Counted from the stretch's first letter, positions 29,517 to 38,771 are shown. The stretch is 64,000 nt of DNA from Candidatus Borrarchaeum weybense (GCA_019057385.1 JAHQJS010000006.1:224001-288000); one strand, 5' to 3'. The notes: generated from the letters alone by a model not told the origin. Numbers and translations: made by a program.

Positions 29517-30801
29517 AGAATCACCTCAAGAATATTCACTATGAAGTGGGGATAGGAATTGTGTTCTAAGCGAAATTCGGGTTAAGATCGTACAATCTTC
29601 TTTTTTAGCGTTTTGCGTTAGACGTTTTCCGGTTTTTAGACAATGCAGGCTTAAACGATTTTTTAGATTACCACCGATATAACACAACCCTAAGGTTTTA
29701 TGAGTTACGAGTGTTCCTTTTTTCAGCCCAAGTGATAGCGTACCACCATATCTTCTTTTTATGCCCCCTTTCGCGAATTGAAAACGATGTAACTGTCTCC
29801 TGTGAAATTGTAGCGGTGTTATATAGTAAATACTTATTGTGGTCGGAAATTTTGCTCTGGTTGTAGCGGCTGCCAGTACCCAGGCATCTACACAATGAGT
29901 TTCAAAGATAGGTTGTGATTTGCTCTTCTTTTTGTGCAATCCAAAGTGTTGTCTTAACTGCTGTGTCTCGTTCCCTTGTGCTAGTATCACATTTAATTTA
30001 AGTTTTTGTAACTCGCTATAGAAATACCACTTGCCCACTTCTAATGGGCTAAAATTAGTGTTCCATCTCTTATGATGTCTCTTTTTTGTAACTGCTTGAA
30101 TATCCTCTACCACCACGTTTTGGATAGGAATGATAGTGCAGAGTTGTTTGATGATCCTTAGTTTTACATCCCATCGTGCTCTGGTGGATGGTGGTAACCT
30201 ACGTTGATTTGCTATTCGGTTTTTCTTGTTTTTTCTACGGCGAGTATTCCTTTTTCGGCGTGCCTTCCGCGCATTTCGTCTTTGTTCGACCTTTCTTTTC
30301 ACCCAAGTTATCGCTTCTGACATGATATTGACTACCGTATCACCTGTACCAACGATTGAGAACCCTTCGTACTTCGTACCTGGATCTACTCCAATGGCGA
30401 GCGGTTGTGTGACGGGTATGTGTGGATCGAATTGTAAATGAAGATAAAAGATGCCTATTTTATTCCGTTTCTTGATGGCCTTTCCTTGAGCAATGAGTTT
30501 TCGAGCTTTTGCAGGTCGACACGGCATTAATGGAGTGCCATTTTTACTAACGACAGGTATTCTACCGATTGCGGTCTCCCTGTCAGAGTCATGTTTCCCT
30601 TCGCCAGGGTATATAGGACATAGTCTAGTACTATTGTTGCTAGACTTGGAATTAAGTGATTCTTCCGAAGCGGGCTGGACTAGGGAGGCATCCAACCATT
30701 CTTGTAGTCCTATACACGTAGTTCCCGAAGAACTGAGGCTAGTCAACTCTTGCGTTGGTATCACCATCCCATGCCCTGTCCTCTTGGACAGGGTAGCTGA
30801 C
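29517..30801 (-). mobile_element. IS200/IS605-family non-autonomous OMEGA element (omegaRNA + IsrB, no TnpA)
   Basis: One end begins GTCAGCTACCCTGTCC-AAGA-GGACAGGG (hairpin). The other end, CAATTCC...ATTCTTGAGGTGATTCT, abuts ATGAA (TAM-like). Confidence 0.85.
29526..30569 (-). CDS. isrB: IsrB (RRXRR/PLMP-domain RNA-guided RuvC nickase, no HNH)
   Basis: GTPLMPCRPAKAR, RuvC-I GVDPG, Arg-rich bridge helix, LPPS, RuvC-II VVEDI and RuvC-III HCVDA; no HNH; core about 347 aa. Start uncertain (ATC after GGGAGA; the frame is open to 30815). Confidence 0.85.
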   Translation of the reverse strand: MGRIPVVSKNGTPLMPCRPAKARKLIAQGKAIKKRNKIGIFYLHLQFDPHIPVTQPLAIGVDPGTKYEGFSIVGTGDTVVNIMSEAITWVKRKVEQRRNARKARRKRNTRRRKNKKNRIANQRRLPPSTRARWDVKLRIIKQLCTIIPIQNVVVEDIQAVTKKRHHKRWNTNFSPLEVGKWYFYSELQKLKLNVILAQGNETQQLRQHFGLHKKKSKSQPIFETHCVDAWVLAAATTRAKFPTTISIYYITPLQFHRRQLHRFQFAKGGIKRRYGGTLSLGLKKGTLVTHKTLGLCYIGGNLKNRLSLHCLKTGKRLTQNAKKEDCTILTRISLRTQFLSPLHSEYS

Positions 30802-30821
30802 AGAAACATCACCAAACAAAT
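30575..30821 (-). ncRNA. omegaRNA: about 20-nt 5' guide from the flank plus scaffold
   Basis: Scaffold motifs GTCAGC/GTTGAC pairing, TAGCCTCAGTTC-TTCG-GGAACTACGT, GGATGCCTCCCTAGTCC and GGCGAAGGG; guide about ATTTGTTTGGTGATGTTTCT. Confidence 0.8.
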
Positions 30822-31046
30822 TCATTTTTGAATTCATTTGTTGCTTAATTCGATTGATCTAATGCAGAAATTAAGTTATACCAAATATTTAACGTTTCTC
30901 ATAAACACATTGAATTGAAAAGTTCAGACCCCTCACACCTTTATAGTGGTATAAACCTTTAAAAGCAAAATTTGCTAGTCACAGTAACCACTCCAAAGAT
31001 TTAAGTAGTGATTCATGAAACTGGTTCTCTAGAAGTTTAATGAAAG

Positions 31047-31658
31047 GTGCAGAAAGTGAGACATAAGTGGGCACTCTTTTTCATAGTAATATTGTGTTTT
31101 ACGATTCCTATCACACCAATGCAAAAAATTGAACTGGTAGCTGGCCAAGAGGAGGAAGTACTAAGTGGAAAGGATTTTCTGAACGTAACGAAAACTGTAA
31201 AACCGAAAGAAACTTTTGTCGACTCCAATGTAACAGTTACAGTTGAAATCAAGAACCCTGAAGTCGTAAATGAAACAATCTTTGATCTGGCAATAACAGA
31301 AGCAGATCTTCCTTTCTGGAGCTTTACAGAAATAGATCCAGGTAATTTAAGTCTTGTCGATGGGATTGAACTTAGTGTTAAGGAGAATGTTTCTGCGTAT
31401 TATATCCTTCGCCCCGAGAAATCTGGAAATTATACATTACCTGGGGCAAAGATTACATTTATGGATGAGAACGATACTCGTTATGAGTTTTTCACCGATC
31501 CAGTAGTGCTTAATGTACTTCCCAAGCTAACTACAATAGAGTGGAGAGATATTCTATTGCTTTCTATCTTAGCAATTGGAATCCCAGGTGTTCCTTGGGC
31601 ACTGTTATTCTTCACAAAAAGGAAGACATTTAAAGTCAGAAAGAAAAGCAAAAGATAA
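31047..31658 (+). CDS. TRAP-beta (SSR2)-like / BatD-fold single-pass membrane protein
   Basis: Signal peptide, Ig-like domain (NVSAYYILRPEKSGNYTLPGAKITF), TM helix containing IGIP, then a KRK basic tail. Confidence 0.65.
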   Translation: MQKVRHKWALFFIVILCFTIPITPMQKIELVAGQEEEVLSGKDFLNVTKTVKPKETFVDSNVTVTVEIKNPEVVNETIFDLAITEADLPFWSFTEIDPGNLSLVDGIELSVKENVSAYYILRPEKSGNYTLPGAKITFMDENDTRYEFFTDPVVLNVLPKLTTIEWRDILLLSILAIGIPGVPWALLFFTKRKTFKVRKKSKR

Positions 31659-31770
31659 GATTTTTAGATGTACGGGATTAGACCTTATGAATTTCATAGA
31701 TTTTAATGTACCTTACTTACGGTAGGGATTTATTACTAATTTCTTATAAGCTAAAAAGGATTGATAAGTT

Positions 31771-32757
31771 ATGACACTGGATAACCTACTTAATAAAGAC
31801 CTCAAGTTCATTTTCTTTGGCGGCAAGGGTGGAGTAGGAAAGACGACATGCGCGGCAGCAGCAGCAGTTTGGTATGCAAAAAATACTAACTTGAAGGTTC
31901 TGATAATATCAACAGATCCAGCACATAGTCTAGCTGATTCTTTGGATCAACCGATTGGTGGCGAAATAAAGTCAATCGAAGGCGTAGAGAATCTTTATGG
32001 TCTTGAAATTGATCCAAAGACGGCAATAAAGGACTATAAAAGTCTTATGGGGATTTCACCTGAAGAGAGTTTATCAGACATGTCGCCGGTTCCGCTTGAT
32101 GAACTTGGGATGGGAGATATGTTGGATACGAGCCCACCTGGTATTGATGAAGCATTAGCGTTCGGTAAGGTCCTTGAGTTCATTGAAAAGAAAGATGAAC
32201 ACGATTATGATCTAATCATTTTTGATACAGCCCCTACAGGACATACGTTACGTCTTCTAAGCTTACCTGATGTGCTTGATTCATTCCTAGGAAAGATTAT
32301 AAAACTCAGACTCACCCTTGGGAAGTTTGTAGGCAAACTTAAGAGTCTCTTTGGTAAGGATACAACTGAGGATAGAACAATGGAAGCTTTAGAAAAACTT
32401 AAAGAGTCTGTTGGAAAAGCACAGGTGGATTTGAGTGATCCAGAAAAAACATCATTTTGCACGGTGATGATTCCAGAGGCAATGAGTATCTATGAAACTG
32501 AACGACTTATCACTACACTCTATGAATATGAGATACCAATAAGCAATGTACTTGTAAACATGGTGTACCCAGTTATACCTGACTGCGCTTTTTGCGCTGC
32601 AAGACGAAGTATGCAAGAAGGTAATCTGGAAACTATAAGAGAGTTTTACGCAGAAGAATTCGAAATTACAGAGATCCCACTTTTTGACACGGAGATAAGA
32701 GGTATAGAGCGCTTAGAAATGTTTAGTTCAAAGCTTTTCGGAAAGAATGAGGATTAA
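31771..32757 (+). CDS. Get3/TRC40-type ArsA-family ATPase
   Basis: GGKGGVGKTT, STDPAH, PGIDEA and DTAPTGHT; Met-rich insert; CAFC (CxxC) motif; single ATPase domain. Confidence 0.88.
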   Translation: MTLDNLLNKDLKFIFFGGKGGVGKTTCAAAAAVWYAKNTNLKVLIISTDPAHSLADSLDQPIGGEIKSIEGVENLYGLEIDPKTAIKDYKSLMGISPEESLSDMSPVPLDELGMGDMLDTSPPGIDEALAFGKVLEFIEKKDEHDYDLIIFDTAPTGHTLRLLSLPDVLDSFLGKIIKLRLTLGKFVGKLKSLFGKDTTEDRTMEALEKLKESVGKAQVDLSDPEKTSFCTVMIPEAMSIYETERLITTLYEYEIPISNVLVNMVYPVIPDCAFCAARRSMQEGNLETIREFYAEEFEITEIPLFDTEIRGIERLEMFSSKLFGKNED

Positions 32758-32809
32758 AGATATTTTTGTGAAGTAATAATTGCGCTTTGAGCGCATCTCA
32801 TCCTTTAGT

Positions 32810-35233
32810 TCATTTTTTTTGGTTTTTGGCATTTGAGATAAGAAGCTTAAATTTTGGAAGTATCAAGACCACAGAAAGATAGAATAGCACACCAACTAAA
32901 CAAAGAATTGAAATTGGATATCCAATAGGAACGTTCTCTTCAAATCTTAATGTTATTAGATGCTCGCCTTCTGGCAATTCTAGAGTAATAATACCAAATT
33001 TGTTTTCTTTGATATTAATCTCTGTGGAATCTAAGTCTGCCTTCCAATTAGGGAAGATCCCATACTTCACAAGAAGTATTCCACCATCTGAAGATTGAGC
33101 GTTAATAATTAAAGCTGTTGGGTTTATTGATACGAATTCTGCAGTACCTATACTATTCGGAAATAAAGTATCAGCGTCGTCAACGATTTCGACCATTGGC
33201 CTGAAATATGGATTTTGCAGGATACTTATATTGGAGTTCTCGTAGAACCTGATTTTTTGCCATCCATTAAGTAGCCATTCTGCATCATTTTTTTGCCTTA
33301 CAATCAAATACTTTAAACTTAAGTATCCAAGTTCTTTAGTCAATGATGGGTTCAAACTAACACTGTTTTCCAAAGATCTTGAGGCTGTCCACCACTGGGG
33401 TCCTTCTACCTCATAAAATTCAGTTTTTGTTATTGATTCGCCCCTGCCTCGCCCGTATAGATCACTGATGCGATAAAGACCAGTGTCGCTGGACTTAATC
33501 CACTGTAAAGCATTCAAATAATCCTCATCTTGGGGAAAGTACTCCCATTTATAGGCGCCTGTATATGGCCACATATCCACTAGAATTAAAAGGACGGTAA
33601 TTACAAGAATCCAGTGGCTTAAACGAAACTTGAAATTCCTTTTAATCTCAAACGCTTTTGCTTTCTCATAGAAAGTACTTACAACTATGCCTGTCAAATA
33701 AGCGATGGAAATTGAAGCGGGTAACAGAAATCGCCATGGCCACTTAAAGAACGAAATTAATGGAACATAATAATAAATAAAAACGCTAGGATAATCTGCT
33801 AGAATAAGAGAAATAACAAGAAGCGCCATAAAAAACTTTGTTTCATTATTTTTAGAGTTCTTATCCTTTGGCTTTATGAAAAACGCAAGTAAAGCAAGTC
33901 CCAAAGAGACTGTACCTATATAGAATGGCATTTCGCCCGCTATACCGATTTTCGACCCTCTCATCCGCCACCAAAGCTCTCTCGTGTAAAGCTGTGGTAG
34001 ACTGACAAAATGCGAAGCAGGATAACCTCCAGTCGATAAAGCGACTTCGTTACTCCATAGAATCGTGGACGTCTGTGTATACGCAGGTATAAGCCACCAT
34101 GCTGTTAATCCTAGCCCTACTCCAATGGGTACGAAATACATAGCAACCATCAAAAATGCTCTATTTACAGTAAGTTGATGGGAGATAAGTTCATCTAGAA
34201 GCGAATAGATTAAATACATAGTGATAATGTAGACAGAGATATACGCTGTCGGTAAATGCGTCAAGATCAATCCTGCGAGGAAAATACCTGAGAATATTGC
34301 TTTTACTAAACGCCTATTCGAATCTGTTTTAAGAGATTCTCTTGAAAGGACGAAAATAAGAGGCACATACATGTAACCCATTAATTCCGTAAAGGTACCT
34401 CTATAAAATGCTGTAGTAAGATGGAGTCCAATGAAAGTAAAGGATATCGCGGAGATACTTGCTACAATGCTATCCTTTGAAATTTTTTTGGTCATATAAT
34501 AAACAGAAAGAGCGCAAAGGATGAACGAAGTAACAATTGCACCCTTTAGAGCTTGAAAGGTGTTTAAAAACCATGAAAAAGGGAATGTAAAATAATAACC
34601 AAGAAAATGATAGAAGCGAAACAATGCCAGACCGCCAATTCCGTTCCAAGGATCGAAAGGGGAATATATTATGCCTTCTCTCCAGTATCGGAACATAACC
34701 CATACATTGCTTACATGATAGGTAAGGTCATGACTCTCTGGAAACCCTGGCTTTGTTAAAAAAGTATGAGTTGGAAGAATAGCTAAAACGACAAGAATAA
34801 CGATAATTATAACTTCTTTTCTTCTTCGCGAATTTTCCAAATAGGACTGAAATGGAAATAATGGAAATGTATACAATAACGAAACGAATATTGTTACAAC
34901 ACAAACGATACCCAAGAGAATATAACTTGGAGGGGTATATGGGGCGCCATAGGTTGTAAGAAGAAATATTGTTAAAAAGACAGCCATTAGAGTAGCGAAG
35001 AACAAGAAAGGACGCTCTAATAACTTCTCAGAGTTCCGATAAAGAAAAAACCCCATAAAAAGAGCAAGTACTCCTAAAACAAACGCCTGAAGTATATAGA
35101 TCGTTCCATCCAAAGGAGAAAAGGAAAATTTCATAAGCAAAGCGAGAAGTACGCCCATGACTAAAAATACAGGATAATAAATAAACTGCTTCATCAAATC
35201 AAATAAACGAGTTTTTTTTATATTTGACGTCAT
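32810..35233 (-). CDS. Polytopic GT-C-like membrane protein (PTPS-related/YfhO-like, probable glycosyltransferase)
   Basis: More than 12 TM helices; SHDLTYH, GIGGLALFRFY, THL, AWWLIP and WPWRF; C-terminal FPNWKA extracellular domain. Confidence 0.65.
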   Translation of the reverse strand: MTSNIKKTRLFDLMKQFIYYPVFLVMGVLLALLMKFSFSPLDGTIYILQAFVLGVLALFMGFFLYRNSEKLLERPFLFFATLMAVFLTIFLLTTYGAPYTPPSYILLGIVCVVTIFVSLLYTFPLFPFQSYLENSRRRKEVIIIVILVVLAILPTHTFLTKPGFPESHDLTYHVSNVWVMFRYWREGIIYSPFDPWNGIGGLALFRFYHFLGYYFTFPFSWFLNTFQALKGAIVTSFILCALSVYYMTKKISKDSIVASISAISFTFIGLHLTTAFYRGTFTELMGYMYVPLIFVLSRESLKTDSNRRLVKAIFSGIFLAGLILTHLPTAYISVYIITMYLIYSLLDELISHQLTVNRAFLMVAMYFVPIGVGLGLTAWWLIPAYTQTSTILWSNEVALSTGGYPASHFVSLPQLYTRELWWRMRGSKIGIAGEMPFYIGTVSLGLALLAFFIKPKDKNSKNNETKFFMALLVISLILADYPSVFIYYYVPLISFFKWPWRFLLPASISIAYLTGIVVSTFYEKAKAFEIKRNFKFRLSHWILVITVLLILVDMWPYTGAYKWEYFPQDEDYLNALQWIKSSDTGLYRISDLYGRGRGESITKTEFYEVEGPQWWTASRSLENSVSLNPSLTKELGYLSLKYLIVRQKNDAEWLLNGWQKIRFYENSNISILQNPYFRPMVEIVDDADTLFPNSIGTAEFVSINPTALIINAQSSDGGILLVKYGIFPNWKADLDSTEINIKENKFGIITLELPEGEHLITLRFEENVPIGYPISILCLVGVLFYLSVVLILPKFKLLISNAKNQKK

Positions 35234-35289
35234 CTTTTTGATGTTTCCCCTAAATTCTAAGGATATAGAACCGGTCTAAACCTGTCCAC

Positions 35290-35360
35290 TCATCAGCGTA
35301 ACTATAAGCGATCATCCTCAAAATTTGAGCTCACCCTTGCCAGTTAACTTCATCTGATTT
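35290..35360 (-). ncRNA. Double-guide C/D-box sRNA targeting 23S rRNA H69 and H71
   Basis: C box CAGATGA (35356-35350), 15-nt guide, D' GTGA (35334-35331), hairpin spacer, C' AGGATGA (35318-35312), 15-nt guide, D CTGA (35296-35293). Guides are antisense to GTAACTATAA and CCTTGCC.GTTAA. Confidence 0.8.
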
Positions 35361-35408
35361 TGGGGTTTGCAGATATTGCATTTATCTAAAATTCAGAAAT
35401 TACTGAAA

Positions 35409-35702
35409 TCAAACAATAGTAACTTTTCCACCAATGGATTCACCTGGCAAGCCATGTTCAAATCTTGCCCTAACCACACCATTTCTTCCATGGGGGCGTA
35501 AAATTTTTCCTTTTAGACGTTTACCTGCAGGAGAAAGCCAAACTACTGTTTTTCCTATCAATTGAGCAGCTTCTTTATCAGAATCGTATTTTTGAAATTT
35601 CAATAACATATGCTTATTGATTTGCCTATTGCCGCCTCTTCTGTATCCTGTGATGAGACCTTCAAGACCTTTGACAATGCTTTCCGTCATTCTGTTCACC
35701 AT
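35409..35702 (-). CDS. rpl35ae: 50S ribosomal protein L35Ae (eL33)
   Basis: GYRRG, LIGK.V.W, GKILRPHGRNGVVRARF and GLPG. Confidence 0.93.
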   Translation of the reverse strand: MVNRMTESIVKGLEGLITGYRRGGNRQINKHMLLKFQKYDSDKEAAQLIGKTVVWLSPAGKRLKGKILRPHGRNGVVRARFEHGLPGESIGGKVTIV

Positions 35703-35815
35703 TTTGTTGCCTTTCCATATATTTTATGATTTGTTTAAAAAGACTTCTATTAAGAACTACGAATTAAGAATTAAAGTCTTCAATCACTTAATAAGAAGGA
35801 AAAAAAAACAAGTAA

Positions 35816-36490
35816 CTAGCCGTTTATGAATTGTTCTGCGATCTTACGCCTCACACCATAAAAAATTTTCAAAATTTCTTTTTTTACAAGTCCAGCTAAA
35901 GGCTTATTCAGACGAGTGAAGAGCTCAATGCGAGACATTTTATGTTCATTTGCAATTTCATAAATAGATTTGTTTCCATTGCATGATTCAAGAAGTGCCC
36001 ATTCTTCTCGTGATAATTTTGCTAGTTTCTTGGTATTAACCTCTTGAGTGATCGGAATGCGACAAATCGGTCTGAAAGTTTCTCTTAATGTCTTCTCGAA
36101 ACACAACATCAAAAAATTTTCAATTTTTTCAAAATCCGAAATATCTCCAGACCAATCGTCAAGAACTTGACTGTACTTGATTGAAATTAACTTAGCTGCG
36201 GTAGAAATATCTTCTTCTAATAGAATTGGTGAAGTAAGCACATCCGAGAGAGCAACAACTATGAAATTATGATTTTCTCCCCACTCAAAGACAAATTTTG
36301 TATCACCAGAATCAATCTGTTCAAGTTGGCCATTACCTGAGGAAACCACTTCAGAAATGAGAGAACTAATCCCACTCAACGCCCCACTAACTAAATCTTG
36401 ATCTACACCGTTCATGTATTCTTTACATAAAGAACATGAGTAAATTGTCCTTCCGTCCTTATAGATTATGTAAATCGAATATAGTCCCAT
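35816..36490 (-). CDS. Longin-like domain plus winged-helix domain protein
   Basis: IYIIYKDGRTIY, DLVSGALSGISSLISEV and WSGDISDF (longin-type); C-terminal LESCNGNKSIYEIA wHTH. Confidence 0.65.
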   Translation of the reverse strand: MGLYSIYIIYKDGRTIYSCSLCKEYMNGVDQDLVSGALSGISSLISEVVSSGNGQLEQIDSGDTKFVFEWGENHNFIVVALSDVLTSPILLEEDISTAAKLISIKYSQVLDDWSGDISDFEKIENFLMLCFEKTLRETFRPICRIPITQEVNTKKLAKLSREEWALLESCNGNKSIYEIANEHKMSRIELFTRLNKPLAGLVKKEILKIFYGVRRKIAEQFING

Positions 36491-36499
36491 TATAAGACC

Positions 36500-37009
36500 T
36501 CAGCGCATTTTTTCAAGAATCCGAAGTTCATATTCACAAAATTCTTCATTTAATGCTCTACAGTGAGTTTCAACGCAATTAACGCGCCATCCCTGGGTAT
36601 CAATTAACTCTTCATAAACTAGAGAAAAAACCTCTTCAACGATACCTGCAACAAAATCACAGAGAACCCCTTCTCCCTTCTCAGAAGCTAGTGTATCACA
36701 AATGACGCACTGGAAATCGCGTATTTTAAATAGTCCCTTATTTCCAGATATCTTTGGAGAACTTTCAAAAATTTTTTTCCATAAAACTTTGATTAGATTC
36801 TTTATTGTACCATCTTTTAACGGTGCTTTGAGTTTCATGAGTTCCTTGGGAAACACACTGTATAAAATTTCCTCTCCGAAATTCTTTCCCCTTAATTTTA
36901 ATTCCCTGCGAACATCTATGAAAGATTCGTTATACCTATAGAGATGTTTAATAAATAAACCATACATGATAGGTAAAATACGCCGGTTCATCTCAGACAG
37001 AAGCTTCAC
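36500..37009 (-). CDS. V4R / TRAPP Bet3-like domain protein
   Basis: GKNFGE, LWKKIF, CVIC, CDFVAGIVE and ETHCRA...CEY. Confidence 0.7.
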   Translation of the reverse strand: MKLLSEMNRRILPIMYGLFIKHLYRYNESFIDVRRELKLRGKNFGEEILYSVFPKELMKLKAPLKDGTIKNLIKVLWKKIFESSPKISGNKGLFKIRDFQCVICDTLASEKGEGVLCDFVAGIVEEVFSLVYEELIDTQGWRVNCVETHCRALNEEFCEYELRILEKMR

Positions 37010-37544
37010 CTCTTGCTAGAATGAATTTGCAATAGGGTGTCCCATCTTTTGCCCAGCATTCCGATTCATGGCATGTAATGCCCGAAGAGGAAAAACGCCC
37101 TTTTGCTCCAATATCTTCAAGTGCGAATTCGATGATTGTTTCAATAAAGCCCGCGATAGCTTCAGAAAATGGAAAATGGACAGGTTCAGATATATTCCGA
37201 CATAATTCACTTGATTTGGAAATAATAACTAGCTGATTCGAATCCTTATCCCATTTACACTTATCAGGTTTTTTTAAAAAAACAATTTTCCATATTTCTT
37301 CAATATAGTGTTCTAATTTCTGTTCAATGAGGTTTGGATCTAAAATTTTTGAAAGAAGTGGATAAAAAACTTCGCCAAGTTGCCTGCCAAATTCATGCAG
37401 ATGGTTTGTGATTCGTTCAATATCATATTGAGTTCGCCATACTATGGAATTAACAATAGTTGTGTATAAGCCACCAACTAATGTTGTATTTATCTTATTT
37501 TTGAGATCTTTCTGAGCTCGGCTCTCAGTATGAATTTTAACCAT
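36993..37544 (-). CDS. V4R / TRAPP Bet3-like domain protein
   Basis: LHEFGRQLGE, IWKIVFLKKPD, AIAGFIE and ESECWA...CKF. Confidence 0.7.
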   Translation of the reverse strand: MVKIHTESRAQKDLKNKINTTLVGGLYTTIVNSIVWRTQYDIERITNHLHEFGRQLGEVFYPLLSKILDPNLIEQKLEHYIEEIWKIVFLKKPDKCKWDKDSNQLVIISKSSELCRNISEPVHFPFSEAIAGFIETIIEFALEDIGAKGRFSSSGITCHESECWAKDGTPYCKFILARGEASV

Positions 37545-37739
37545 ATATCATTTCAGCCCATTCGCTTTTTCAAAAATTTTTTGGCAATTAAACAATCGCA
37601 CACATGTTTATGAATTATCTGGTGAAAAAAACCGCAATTACAACTAATGAGTCATTTGGTACAAGAACGACCAAATTAACTTCACTTTTATGTGGTTGAG
37701 ATAAAAAGTGTAATATCCTCCAATTAAAGACAACAATCT

Positions 37740-38771
37740 TTAACATACCCTTGGTATTAATTCACCTACTGGCTTTTCTATAATTCTTTGCCCACCTACG
37801 TAGGTTTCCAATATCACATACCCTGGGTTGTCGACTTTAGCCTCACCAATGATTGCCGCATCTTCTCCATAGCGAGTTTTTTGTATATGTTCAAGAGTTT
37901 GTTCTGCTTTTTCAGACGCTACGCCAATAAGGGCAATACCTTCACAAGCTATGTCTAACGGATCTAATCCTAACATATCTGACGCCGCTAAGACTTCCGG
38001 CCGTCGAGGGATCTTTTCCTCCTCGATCCAGATGCTAACGTGTGATTTATGGGCAAAATCATTTAAAGCAGAAGAAATTCCTCCTCTTGTTGGATCCTTC
38101 ATGCATGTAACTCCCCCAATTGCAAGCGCACTTTGGATAACTTCATAGATAGGTGCACAATCGGATTTTAATTCTGTTTCAAACTCAATACCCTCTCGAA
38201 ATGACATTAATGCAATACCATGATCCCCGATTGTTCCAGTAGCTATTATCTTATCGCCAGGTTTTAAATTTGAATCCGTTATTACACTTCCTTTAGGCAC
38301 AATGCCAATTCCTGTTGTAGTAACTGTAATTTTGTCTATAGATCCTTTTGGCATGACTTTGGTATCTCCCGTGATTATCGCTACGTCGACTTCTCTCGCT
38401 GTTTCATCCATGGATTGTAGTATTTTTTTTAAATCAGAAACTGGAAATCCTTCTTCAATGATTAAAGCACTAGCTATTGCGATAGGTCTAGCTCCCATTA
38501 CAGCAACATCATTGATTGTGCCAGCTGTCGCTAATCTTCCAATATCTCCGCCTGGAAAAAATATTGGGTCTACTGTATGTCCGTCTGTGCTAACAACAAT
38601 TTCAATATCACAATCCTTCAAAGAAATCGTAGCTCCATCGTCCAAAGAATCTAATCCGATGCTTTCATTTGAAACAGTGCGTTTAGAAAAGGATTTTAAC
38701 ACGAGATCGGATAATAACTCATCCATAATGCTGCCACCAGCACCATGAGCTAACTTTATTACATTAGTCAT
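37740..38771 (-). CDS. hypE: Hydrogenase maturation carbamoyl dehydratase HypE
   Basis: AHGAGG, FFPGGDIG, GDTKV, GDHG, KDPTRGG and C-terminal PRVC. Confidence 0.95.
   Translation of the reverse strand: MTNVIKLAHGAGGSIMDELLSDLVLKSFSKRTVSNESIGLDSLDDGATISLKDCDIEIVVSTDGHTVDPIFFPGGDIGRLATAGTINDVAVMGARPIAIASALIIEEGFPVSDLKKILQSMDETAREVDVAIITGDTKVMPKGSIDKITVTTTGIGIVPKGSVITDSNLKPGDKIIATGTIGDHGIALMSFREGIEFETELKSDCAPIYEVIQSALAIGGVTCMKDPTRGGISSALNDFAHKSHVSIWIEEEKIPRRPEVLAASDMLGLDPLDIACEGIALIGVASEKAEQTLEHIQKTRYGEDAAIIGEAKVDNPGYVILETYVGGQRIIEKPVGELIPRVC

Noticed and set aside
30570-30815. 82-aa N-terminal extension of IsrB as a protein domain
   Set aside because: It coincides with the omegaRNA scaffold and host flank; kept only as an open-frame observation.
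31771-32757. Arsenic-resistance ArsA
   Set aside because: Single domain with Get3-type CxxC and no ars operon genes.
32810-35233. 6-pyruvoyl-tetrahydropterin synthase activity
   Set aside because: The family name is misleading; the sequence is a polytopic GT-C-like membrane protein.
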